DNA of 64,000 bases from Gemmatimonadales bacterium (GTDB lineage Bacteria > Gemmatimonadota > Gemmatimonadetes > Gemmatimonadales > Gemmatimonadaceae), in the NCBI GenBank assembly GCA_038253755.1, contig JBBSGU010000002.1, forward strand, positions 42,257 through 106,256. Reading direction: 5' to 3'. This document shows, piece after piece, positions 55,573 through 64,000 of the stretch. A program made the translations under genes and the position numbers. The notes beneath the pieces were generated by a model that saw nothing but the letters and a program-made list of their open reading frames with translations, had not been told where the DNA came from and made no database searches. Position 1 is the stretch's first letter; every line of letters starts with the position of its first letter.

Positions 55573-57763
55573 TAGCGTTTCCAGAAGCAGTTGCTGACGT
55601 TGCGCACCTCGATCCGGCCGATATTTCAGCCGACCTTGGACTCGGCGGACCGATTGACGCGGCAATGGATCAGTACGAGGACCGGCCGGCCCAGCGTCAA
55701 ATGGCGATGGCGATTGCGGAGCTTTACAACGATGGCGGGGTCGGCCTGATCGAAGCGGGAACCGGTGTCGGCAAATCCCTCGGTTATCTGCTGCCGGCGC
55801 TGAGGTGGGCGAATCTCACCGGTGAGCGCACGGTGGTCTCGACGAATACGATCAATCTCCAGGAACAGCTCGTCCGGAAGGATCTGCCATTTCTACAGAA
55901 GGCGTTGGCGGGAGAACAGCCAGTTCGCTTCGCTTTGCTGAAGGGATGGCGAAACTATTTGTGTCTGCTTCGGCTCGAGCAGGCGAAGCTGATGGGTGCG
56001 TCGCTGTTTGGTGAAGAGGCGGGCGGAATCGATTTCATCGCGTCGTGGGCGAAGACGACGAAAGAGGGATCGCTGAGCGATCTGGACTATCCCCCGAATC
56101 CTGAAGTGTGGGATGAGGTGGCGGCCGAGCCGGATCTTTGCACGCGGCAGAAGTGTCCCCATTTTGAAAAGTGCTTCTTCTTCAAGGCTCGCCGCGAAGC
56201 CGCAAACGCGCAGGTGGTCGTTGCAAATCATCACCTGCTAATGTCGGACATTGCGGTGAGGCGACTACAGCAGAACTGGGAAGATACGGCAGTGATCCCC
56301 GCATATTCGCGTCTGATCATCGACGAAGGCCACCACCTGGAGGATGCAGCGGCGTCTCATCTGGGGGCTACTGCATCACGGCGCGGAATGCTGCGTTTGC
56401 TGTCGCGACTGGCACGCAACGCAAGCCGCCGCGGGCATGCGGGTGGCATTCTCGCCGCCCTCGGTGAGAGACTGCGTGCCCGCCCGAACGACATGTTCAG
56501 CAAAGCGAGTCTCGACTTGCTCGAGCAGAAAATCCTTCCCGCCGTTGATGCGTGCCGCGACAAGGGAACGGTGGTGTTCGACCTTCTCGAGATATTTTTG
56601 CGCGAGAGCTCTCAGCAGATAGTCCGGCTGACCGAAGACTTCGACACGCACCATATCTGGAAAGCGGGACTCGGCGATGCGCTGACGGACATGCTGACTA
56701 GTGCGGCGACGCTCGCGGACACGATCGGGTTGATCCGCGATCGACTGGAGCGCGAAGAGACGCCTGATGAGCCGACAGCAATGCTCGTCAGCGAGCTGCG
56801 TGGCGTGGGACGACGTTTGGAAGCGCTCGCGGGCGCAATTCACGGTGCGCTCGAGTCAGGATCGGATTCACACAAGCGGGTGAGGTGGGTCGAATCGCGC
56901 GGCCGCGGCGAAGGAAACATCAGCGTGACGTGGGTGCCGCTCGACCTCGCGCCGATTCTTCGTGACGACCTGTTCAGCCGCTTGCGCACCACTGTCGTGA
57001 CCAGCGCGACTCTATCAACCGATTCCAGATTCGAGTTTCTGAGCGGACGACTGGGTGTCGATCAGCTTCCGATTCCTCCGGTTACTGAGTCATTCGCGTC
57101 GCCGTTCGACTTCAGGCGGCAGGCGATTCTCGCTGTGCCGAAGGATGTGCCGGCGCCAAACGCTGACCCGGCTGGGCACTTTCGATCCGTGATCAGGATG
57201 GTGGAGGAGTTCACGAGCGCGTCTGATGGCGGAATCTTCGTTCTTTCACGAGTCATCGGGATGTCAGGCAGGCCGCCGCTGATTTGCGCGCACGGGGATT
57301 GGGGGATACTCGCCCACTGCTGGTTCACGGCGAAGAGTCGCGCGACGCATTGCTCGCTCGCTTTCGGGAATCGGGGCGGGCTGTGCTTCTCGGAACGTCG
57401 TCTTATTGGGAAGGCGTAGACGTCGCGGGGAGCGCATTGCGCGGTCTGCTGATCGCCAAACTGCCATTTCGCGTTCCCACCGAGCCGTTGACGGCTGCCC
57501 ACTGTGAGGCGATCGCAGAACGTGGCGGGGATCCATTCGCTGAGTACATGGTTCCGCATGCGGCGCTGCGTCTGAAGCAGGGTTTCGGTCGCTTGATCAG
57601 GACGAAAACAGATCGCGGCGCAATTGTCATTGCAGATCCGCGCGTCGTGACGAAAGCTTATGGATCGACGTTGTTGCGAGCACTTCCGCCGGCAAGGCGA
57701 ATACTTTCGAGCTGGGATGAAATTTCCCGGCAACTACGAGACTTCTATTCGGTGTCCGAGTGA
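55569..57763 (+). pseudogene. dinG: DinG/YoaA-family Fe-S DNA helicase, frameshifted near 57245 (pseudogene or sequence error)
   Basis: EAGTGVGKS, KGWRNYLC, NHHLL, IDEGHHLE, TSATL in one frame; FTSH, YWEGVDV, KLPF, LKQGFGRLIR in the -1 frame. Confidence 0.85.
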
Positions 57764-57790
57764 TGTGGATATCGTTCCGGAAATTATTCA

Positions 57791-58474
57791 ATGACTGCTA
57801 TGAAATTTGACGATCCGTTAACTGGCGGCGGCGATGCACCGGCCGAGGCAGGCGCAACGTTCCACACGCCGGGCAAGATCGTCTGCATTGGCCGCAACTA
57901 TCGCGAGCATGCGAAAGAGCTGGGTAACGAAGTTTCAACTGAACCGTTGTTTTTCCTCAAGCCCAGCACCAGCATCATCCGCGATGGTGAGGCGATCGTT
58001 CTTCCGCCGCAATCCGACCGCGTTGAATTCGAGGGGGAGATCGGGATCGTAATCGGCGCGCGACTGACCAAGGCAACTGAAGCCGAAGCGATTGCGGCCG
58101 TGCGGGGAATCGTCGCCGTCAACGACGTGACTGCTCGCGATCTTCAGAAGAAAGACAGTCAATGGACCAGGGCGAAGGGCTTCGACACGTTCTGTCCCGT
58201 GGGAAACGTTGTCGAGGGCACGCATGATCTCGCGAATCTTGTGGTCGTTACGCGAGTGAACGGCGAAGAAAAACAGCGCGCTAACACCGGCGAGATGGTG
58301 TTCTCGATTCCGATGCTGCTGTCGTACGTGTCGCATGTGATGACCCTGGAGCCGGGAGACCTTGTCGCGACTGGCACTCCCGCTGGTGTTGCTCCTCTCA
58401 AAGCGGGTGATGTCGTCGAAGTCGAGATAGAGGGTTTAAGCAAGGTGAGCAATCGTGTCGAGGTACCGGGCTGA
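57791..58474 (+). CDS. Fumarylacetoacetate hydrolase family protein
   Basis: KIVCIGRNY..H, FFLKP, EGE, NDVTARD, KGFDTFCP, TGTPAG. Confidence 0.94.
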   Translation: MTAMKFDDPLTGGGDAPAEAGATFHTPGKIVCIGRNYREHAKELGNEVSTEPLFFLKPSTSIIRDGEAIVLPPQSDRVEFEGEIGIVIGARLTKATEAEAIAAVRGIVAVNDVTARDLQKKDSQWTRAKGFDTFCPVGNVVEGTHDLANLVVVTRVNGEEKQRANTGEMVFSIPMLLSYVSHVMTLEPGDLVATGTPAGVAPLKAGDVVEVEIEGLSKVSNRVEVPG

Positions 58475-59655
58475 TGCCCCGGATCGCCAATCGCGTTCTT
58501 TCCCTTCCTGACTATCCACTCGGCCGAGTGCCTGAGAAGAAACGCGCGCTGATCGCCCGCGGAATGGACGTCATCGACCTTGGCGCTGGTGATGCTGATC
58601 TCGCGCCGCCACCAGCGGCGGTGGAGCGTTTGGCGGCTGCGGCGCGTAATCCTGATATGAGCCGTTACGGGTTCGGCCTTGGCCTCGTAGAGTACCGCGA
58701 GGCAATTTCGAGATTCATGTCGAAGCGATTTGGGCTGGCGTTCGATCCGTTCACTGAGATCGTGCCCCTCATTGGCTCGAAGGAAGGCATCTCTCACGTC
58801 GCGCTCGCGTATGCGGAAGAAGGCGACGTGACGATCATTCCCGAGCCTGGATATCTCGCGTATGTCGGCGGAACTCGGCTGGCGATGGGCGAGCCGTACA
58901 AGTATTCGCTGAAAGCTGAGAATGGATTTCTCGTCGATCTGGACGATGTGCCGGCCGACGTGCTCGAGCGGACGAAGATTTTGTATCTCAATTATCCGAA
59001 CAATCCGACGGCGGCGGTCGCGCCCATGAGCTACCTCGAGGGCATCGTCCGTCGTTGCAAGGAACTCGACATCCTGCTGGTGTATGACAATGCCTACTCG
59101 GAGATGGCATTCGACGGTTACAAGCCACCGAGCATTTTCGAAGTGGACGGTGCGCGCGATGTGGCGATCGAGTTTCACTCCATGTCCAAGACCTACAACA
59201 TGACGGGGTGGCGGTGCGGATGGGCCGTGGGCGACAAGGAGCTCGTTGGGCCCTTGGCGCGCGTGAAGCTGTTCGTGGACACGGGCGCTTTCATGGCAGT
59301 GCAGGCAGCATCGGCATCGGCGCTCGACAACTGGGAAGAATTCGTCCCGCGGAACATCGCAGTGTTCAAGGACCGCCGTGATGCGGCAGTGAATGCATTC
59401 CGCGAAAACGGATTTGAATGCGAGTCGCCGAAAGGAACGATGTACCTCTGGATTCCGCTGCCGGAGCACATAACCAGCGCCGAGTTTTCGGAGATGCTAA
59501 TGGAAGAGGAAGGAGTGATAGTGTTGCCAGGGTCATCGTTCGGAGAAGGAGGAGAAGGCTATTTCCGCGTGTCATTCATCACATCGCCCGAACGGATTCG
59601 CGAAGCCGCGACGCGGGCGGGCCGCGTGCTGGCGCGCATGAGCGTGGGAGCCTGA
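58474..59655 (+). CDS. PLP-dependent aminotransferase class I/II (LL-diaminopimelate aminotransferase-like)
   Basis: GSKEG, LNYPNNPT, DNAYSE, FHSMSKTYNMTGWRCG, GEGYFR. Confidence 0.88.
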   Translation: MPRIANRVLSLPDYPLGRVPEKKRALIARGMDVIDLGAGDADLAPPPAAVERLAAAARNPDMSRYGFGLGLVEYREAISRFMSKRFGLAFDPFTEIVPLIGSKEGISHVALAYAEEGDVTIIPEPGYLAYVGGTRLAMGEPYKYSLKAENGFLVDLDDVPADVLERTKILYLNYPNNPTAAVAPMSYLEGIVRRCKELDILLVYDNAYSEMAFDGYKPPSIFEVDGARDVAIEFHSMSKTYNMTGWRCGWAVGDKELVGPLARVKLFVDTGAFMAVQAASASALDNWEEFVPRNIAVFKDRRDAAVNAFRENGFECESPKGTMYLWIPLPEHITSAEFSEMLMEEEGVIVLPGSSFGEGGEGYFRVSFITSPERIREAATRAGRVLARMSVGA

Positions 59656-59661
59656 GGTCGA

Positions 59662-60564
59662 TTGTCTGAACATGTGATGAACACACTTCGCGGGTCGAGG
59701 AATCCGGAGCAGTCGCCTGCTCCGCGGACGCGTGCGCCATCACGTCCTTTCGTGGCGTCGGTGGTATTCCACGTGCTGCTTGTTGCCGGACTCGTGCGCT
59801 TTCTTGTGTCGCCAGCGGCATTCACGATGATCTTCGGTCGTCCCAAGTCCGCCGAGATTCCCGCGGAGCGCATTGGATTCCTGCGCTTGCCGAAGGCAAA
59901 TGGTGCACCAGTTGCGGGAAAGAGCGGGGGCGACAACCGACCGGTGAGCAAGGTTGCGCCCAGGAAGCTCATCGCGCCATCGACGATTCCGACTTCGATC
60001 CCAGACGTGCCGACGTCTACATCAACACAGGAGTCGAATGAAGGAAGTGGACCGCTGGTGGGCGGGGGCGGACCGACGCGAGGAATCAGGCCGACATACA
60101 GCGATCCGAGTTTGTGGTCGCCGCCGGGAGACCTTGTCGAAGCACCGAAGAGCGCGAAAGAGCGACTCGACAGCGCCATAGTTTCAATCATTGCTCCATT
60201 CAATGATTCAATCGCTTCCGCAGCTGGCGAGCGCAAGCCAGGAGACTGGACGTTCGACAAGGATGGCAGGAAGTACGGAATCGATCAGAAGTTCATTCAC
60301 CTGGGCAAGTTCTCGATTCCAACTGCCGTGCTGGCGATGCTTCCAATCAATCAGTCGCAGAATCCCACGACGTACGAGCGCAACAAGGCGTCGAACCAGA
60401 TGCACGCAGACATTTTCTGGAACGCTCAGCGGGGAATGAACGACGCGGATTTCAAGAAAGCGGTCAAGAGCATCCGCGAGCGGAAGGAGCGGGAGAAAGC
60501 AGTGGCAGAAAAGAAAACGCGGCAGACTGATCAGCCCGCCGCGCCATTACCTGCCGATCGCTAG
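59662..60564 (+). CDS. Hypothetical single-pass membrane protein with Pro-rich linker
   Basis: TM with SVVFH (SxxxH, TonB/TolA-like anchor) followed by a Pro/Thr-rich segment. Confidence 0.7.
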   Translation: MSEHVMNTLRGSRNPEQSPAPRTRAPSRPFVASVVFHVLLVAGLVRFLVSPAAFTMIFGRPKSAEIPAERIGFLRLPKANGAPVAGKSGGDNRPVSKVAPRKLIAPSTIPTSIPDVPTSTSTQESNEGSGPLVGGGGPTRGIRPTYSDPSLWSPPGDLVEAPKSAKERLDSAIVSIIAPFNDSIASAAGERKPGDWTFDKDGRKYGIDQKFIHLGKFSIPTAVLAMLPINQSQNPTTYERNKASNQMHADIFWNAQRGMNDADFKKAVKSIRERKEREKAVAEKKTRQTDQPAAPLPADR

Positions 60565-60576
60565 CCGTTAATACCG

Positions 60577-61227
60577 CTAGTTGACGCTCATCTGAGCGGT
60601 TTGTTCTTCCACCGTCACGAACGGCCGGAAGACCCCGCAGACAACTCCAAGAATTCCGAAGTCATCGCTCGGCTTGATCGTGATCTCGCGCTCGGCAGGA
60701 TTCGCCGGCGTGAGAACCACCGTTCCGTTCTGGTGCGTGAGTGTCTTTACGGTTGCTTCGTCGCCGAGTCTCGCAGCGATGATGTCATTTTCCTTCGGCG
60801 CTGCGGCTGGATTCACCATTACGAAGTCGCCGTCGCTGATGGCGCGACCGATCATGCTGTCGCCCTTGACCTTGAGGAAATACACCTCTTCGGCAGGAAT
60901 GAAACGGCGGTCCATCGTGATGAATCCTGCGCGGTTCTCTGGAAGAAGCGTGGGCTCACCGGCGTGAATTCTTCCATAGTAGGGAACCGGTTTTGTCTTG
61001 CTGCCGCCGGTGAAGCCAAGAAGTCTCACGCCGCGCGAGCGTGCAGGATCGCGTTCGATGTATCCCTTGCGCGCGAGTGACTGCAACAGGTCTGAGACAG
61101 TCTTCGTCGATTTGATCTGGAATTTCTTGCCGATGTCTCGAATGCTCGGCTGATAAGTATTCTCCGCCGTGAAATCGAGGAGGTAGTTGTATACCGAGCC
61201 CTCGAGCGGGGTTAGTGACTCTGCCAT
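60577..61227 (-). CDS. lexA: SOS repressor LexA
   Basis: wHTH PSIRDI...L.RKGYI; Ala-Gly cleavage site HAGEP; catalytic GDSM and TVK. Confidence 0.93.
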   Translation of the reverse strand: MAESLTPLEGSVYNYLLDFTAENTYQPSIRDIGKKFQIKSTKTVSDLLQSLARKGYIERDPARSRGVRLLGFTGGSKTKPVPYYGRIHAGEPTLLPENRAGFITMDRRFIPAEEVYFLKVKGDSMIGRAISDGDFVMVNPAAAPKENDIIAARLGDEATVKTLTHQNGTVVLTPANPAEREITIKPSDDFGILGVVCGVFRPFVTVEEQTAQMSVN

Positions 61228-61243
61228 TGCAGCTCCAGAATTT

Positions 61244-61318
61244 GTGTTAACACTTTCAGCGTGCCGCTGGCACCTTTGATGTCGCCTGCAATCTGCAGGA
61301 GATATCCGGCATCGTCAA
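61244..61318 (-). promoter_or_regulatory. Putative lexA sigma70-type promoter with palindromic operator candidates
   Basis: Minus strand TTGACG-17 nt-CAGATT (61318-61290); palindromes GTGTTAACAC (61244-61253) and CCTGCA-N3-TGCAGG (61285-61299). Confidence 0.5.
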
Positions 61319-61336
61319 CAACCGCTTTTGGCGGTG

Positions 61337-62806
61337 CTACACCTGCGAGTGCGAATTGTCCCGCAACCACGTAACTGCGTTGGCGATGCGCTCGAGGGCC
61401 AGGTCGCGGCCCTGCATTATCAGAACATCGAAGATGCCGGGACTCACAGATAATCCGGTCAAAGCGAGGCGAAGCGGCTGGAAGATTTTGCCTGCTGCGA
61501 CGCCTCTCGATTCGGCCAATGCCCGGAGCGATGCCTCGAGAGGTTCAGGCATCCACGCGCTCGATGCGGCCAAGGCGTCAGAAGTCGCTGCAAGCACGTC
61601 TGCCGCAGCATCGCGATCCTTCCAGTTCTTGGCGACCGCCTCGGCGTCGTAGTCGATGCTGTCGAGAAAGTACGGACCTGCCTGACGCACAATGTCATCA
61701 AATGTGCGAGCACGGACGCGAAGCATGTCGAGGAGCGACATGTACCATTCGCGGCGATCGGCGACCGTTTTCTCGTCAACAAGGCCGGCGCTGATCATCA
61801 GCGGTGTGACGCGCGGCTCGAGCTCATCGAGAGGAACGCGGGACAGGTGCTGCCCATTCATCCATTCCAGCTTTTTCGGATCAAAGATCGCAGCCTTACG
61901 CTGAAGTCCATCCGGCGTGAACAGCTCGATCATCTCGTCCATCGTCATCACTTCGCGGTCTTCGCCCGGCGACCAGCCGAGCAACGCGAGGAAGTTGAGC
62001 ATCGCGCCGGGAAGAAGTCCTTCGTGCTGATAGTCTCCCACCGCTGTCGCACCATGCCGTTTGCTGAGCTTCTTGCCGTCCATTCCGTGGATCATCGGAA
62101 GGTGCGCGAAGACCGGCAGGTCAGCGTCGAGGGCGCGGTAGAGAAGGATCTGCTTCGGCGTGTTGGAGATGTGATCGTCACCGCGCATCACAAGGGTAAT
62201 GCCCATCGCGATGTCGTCGGAGACCACAGCAAGATTGTAGATCGGCGTCGCGTTGGAGCGGAGAATGACGAAGTCTTCGAGATCCTTGTTCGGAAATGAG
62301 ATAGTGTCGTGAACCAGATCGTCCCACGATGTGGTCCCTTCGGGGATCCGGAAGCGAATGACATAAGGATCGCCGGCAGTCATGCGTGCTTCGATCACTT
62401 CATTTGTGAGGCGATCGCATCGCCGATCGTACTTGAAGCTTTCCTTTCTCGACTCCGCGTCCTTGCGTCGCTGCTCGAGCTCGGCCTGGGTACAGAAGCA
62501 GCGGTACGCTGTTCCGCTCTCCAGCATGTGCCGCGCATCGCGCTGGTGGCGCTCGAGGTTGGCGCCCTGGTAGACGACGTCTCCCTGCCAGTCGAGGCCG
62601 AGCCAGTGGAGGCCGTCGAAGATCGCGCGTGTGCTTTCCTCGGTGCTGCGTGCCTTGTCCGTGTCTTCGATGCGGAGGAGAAACTCACCGTCGAAATGCT
62701 TCGCGTAGAGCCAGTTGAACAAGGCAGTGCGAGCGCCGCCCACGTGCAGGTAGCCGGTGGGAGAAGGCGCAAAGCGGAGGCGTGGTCGCCGTAGCGTGTC
62801 GGTCAT
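61337..62806 (-). CDS. gltX: Glutamate--tRNA ligase
   Basis: RFAPSPTGYLHVGGARTALFNW, LRIEDTD, RGDDH, KLSKRHG. Confidence 0.97.
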   Translation of the reverse strand: MTDTLRRPRLRFAPSPTGYLHVGGARTALFNWLYAKHFDGEFLLRIEDTDKARSTEESTRAIFDGLHWLGLDWQGDVVYQGANLERHQRDARHMLESGTAYRCFCTQAELEQRRKDAESRKESFKYDRRCDRLTNEVIEARMTAGDPYVIRFRIPEGTTSWDDLVHDTISFPNKDLEDFVILRSNATPIYNLAVVSDDIAMGITLVMRGDDHISNTPKQILLYRALDADLPVFAHLPMIHGMDGKKLSKRHGATAVGDYQHEGLLPGAMLNFLALLGWSPGEDREVMTMDEMIELFTPDGLQRKAAIFDPKKLEWMNGQHLSRVPLDELEPRVTPLMISAGLVDEKTVADRREWYMSLLDMLRVRARTFDDIVRQAGPYFLDSIDYDAEAVAKNWKDRDAAADVLAATSDALAASSAWMPEPLEASLRALAESRGVAAGKIFQPLRLALTGLSVSPGIFDVLIMQGRDLALERIANAVTWLRDNSHSQV

Positions 62807-62834
62807 CGTATTGGCGGTTTTGGCGAAATGCAAA

Positions 62835-62864
62835 GCGGGCCCGCCAAGCCTGAAGCGGACCCGC
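62835..62864 (-). terminator. Terminator-like hairpin downstream of tRNA-Ser
   Basis: Minus strand GCGGGTCCGC...GCGGGCCCGC followed by TTTGCATTT. Confidence 0.5.
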
Positions 62865-62868
62865 GTAA

Positions 62869-62957
62869 CGGAGAGAGAGGGATTCGAACCCTCGATACGC
62901 GTTTCCACGTATGCCGGTTTAGCAAACCGGTGCCTTCAGCCTCTCGGCCATCTCTCC
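62869..62957 (-). tRNA. tRNA-Ser (anticodon GCT), CCA not encoded
   Basis: GGAGAGA acceptor; CCGGT-TTGCTAA-ACCGG anticodon arm; long variable arm; GAGGG-TTCGAAT-CCCTC T arm; G discriminator. Confidence 0.96.
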
Positions 62958-63211
62958 GGGAGGTCACGCAAGCTATTGATGCAGAGGGGGTTCTTCAACC
63001 CCGATCCGCGGTACCTGCGGCGATCTCCCCTGCTGAATCGAGCACAAATCCTCGCGTCTTCCGCGAGAAACATATTGCGCATTGCACGACCGGCTTATAT
63101 GGTGGGGGCCCGGCAGCGATAAGAGCCGATCGAGTCGCCCGAGGAAAAACCGTAAGTCTCCCCCGATTCACAAAGGGCTCCCTTCTGCAGAATCGCACGC
63201 AGCACCCAGCA

Positions 63212-63517
63212 TTGAGTCCGGAGGGGCTAAAGACTCTGCGGGACGGTTTGGCCACGTGTCGCTCCATGCGCGGACTCACCCCGGAGGCTAGCGCCGCGAT
63301 TACCGCACTTTGCGAAAAAGCCCGGGACGATGGCTGGACCGCCGAGCAACTCGTGATGGCGGTCAAGGATGCGTGTTACGGATCGCCGGAAATTGCCCAT
63401 CTCACGACCACTTCCGAGCGCGATGCATTTCTCGCGAAAGTCGTCAGCTCGTGTATTCGCGAGTTCTACAAGGGTGACGGTAAGGCCGAGACGGCGAAGG
63501 ATGGAAAGCCTCAGTAG
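63212..63517 (+). CDS. Small helical hypothetical protein (start uncertain)
   Basis: 3' part of the 62828 ORF (LCEKAR..GWTAEQLVMAVK...KVVSSCIREFY) looks protein-like; the 5' part overlaps the tRNA and is spurious. Confidence 0.6.
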   Translation: MSPEGLKTLRDGLATCRSMRGLTPEASAAITALCEKARDDGWTAEQLVMAVKDACYGSPEIAHLTTTSERDAFLAKVVSSCIREFYKGDGKAETAKDGKPQ

Positions 63518-64000
63518 CGCTGGATCGTCGGGTCAACGTCGCGGCTCCAGGCGAGGATCCCCCCCGTCAGATTCGCGAGTCGCTTGAATCCGGCGTCTTC
63601 CATCTCGTAGGCCGCGTGCATGCTGCGAATTCCGGACTTGCAGTAAATCACCGTTTCTCGAGTTCTGTCGATCGACTCGATCTGCGATGACAACTGGCCC
63701 AGTGGAATCAGTCGCGCTCCCGGGAGGCGTGCGATCTGCCATTCCCACTCTTCGCGGACGTCGATGAGCTGAATGTCGTCGCCGGCATTTAACCGCTCTG
63801 CAAGCGTCGTCGGCTCGATCTCCGCAATTCCCTCGTTCTCGCTAACACTGGTTTCAATGCCGCAGAACGCTTCATAGTCTATCAGCTCTTGTATCCCGCG
63901 GGTTCCGCACGCCGGACATTCCGGATCGCGACGCAATGCAATAGTCCTGAATTCCATCGAGAGTGCATCGACGAGCAGCAGCCGGCCGATGAGCGGATTG
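63511..64000 (-). CDS. moeB: MoeB/MoeZ adenylyltransferase with C-terminal rhodanese domain (5' end outside window)
   Basis: GRLLLVDAL, RRDPECPACG, ELIDYEAFCG, IDVRE..E, YCKSGIRS, NLTGGILAW...DP..RY. Confidence 0.92.
   Translation of the reverse strand, partial: NPLIGRLLLVDALSMEFRTIALRRDPECPACGTRGIQELIDYEAFCGIETSVSENEGIAEIEPTTLAERLNAGDDIQLIDVREEWEWQIARLPGARLIPLGQLSSQIESIDRTRETVIYCKSGIRSMHAAYEMEDAGFKRLANLTGGILAWSRDVDPTIQRY

Noticed and set aside
62807-63180. 5' extensions of the gltX ORF (to 62908) and of ORF 62828-63517
   Set aside because: They overlap tRNA-Ser and its hairpin; spurious

Overview
This is a 64 kb, GC-rich, gene-dense bacterial chromosome segment. Gene content and order point to a Gemmatimonadota (Gemmatimonadaceae-like) organism, which is an inference from recalled family context and not from a database search. 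It is mostly housekeeping: yifB/comM, an HD-GYP protein, a TonB-dependent-receptor-like protein, an NtrC/NtrX regulator, an aldehyde dehydrogenase, lepB, a short RpoD-family sigma factor, yajQ-rimO-hemL, rpmE-prfA-prmC-tmk-ctpA, lolA-aroF-smc with two SPOR-like proteins and a peptidase/WD40/Omp85 protein, rsfS, rplI-rpsR-rpsF, ychF-pth-rplY-prs-tRNA-Gln-ispE, pdxJ, mce, trxA-rsmI-dinG (frameshifted), lexA, gltX, tRNA-Ser and moeB. I saw no transposase, integrase, reverse transcriptase or cas gene. The most unusual signal is non-coding. A four-helix-bundle (23S-IVS/Avd-like) gene at 23.36-23.76 kb is enclosed by about 85-bp imperfect inverted repeats built from heptamers. A solo copy of the arm lies at 1.5 kb. 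A 384-bp element at 14.3-14.7 kb has 20-bp perfect terminal inverted repeats and 71-72-bp tandem repeats, and shares colinear motifs with the cassette. Further heptamer arrays sit at 20.2 and 45.3 kb. Together these suggest a dispersed repeat and cassette family. Other points of interest are apparent non-canonical starts for prfA and a SPOR lipoprotein, a TonB-receptor-like barrel with a C-terminal LTXXQ (Spy/CpxP-like) tail, a gene starting at the 3' end of tRNA-Gln, and candidate LexA operators. All alignments and counts were done by hand.
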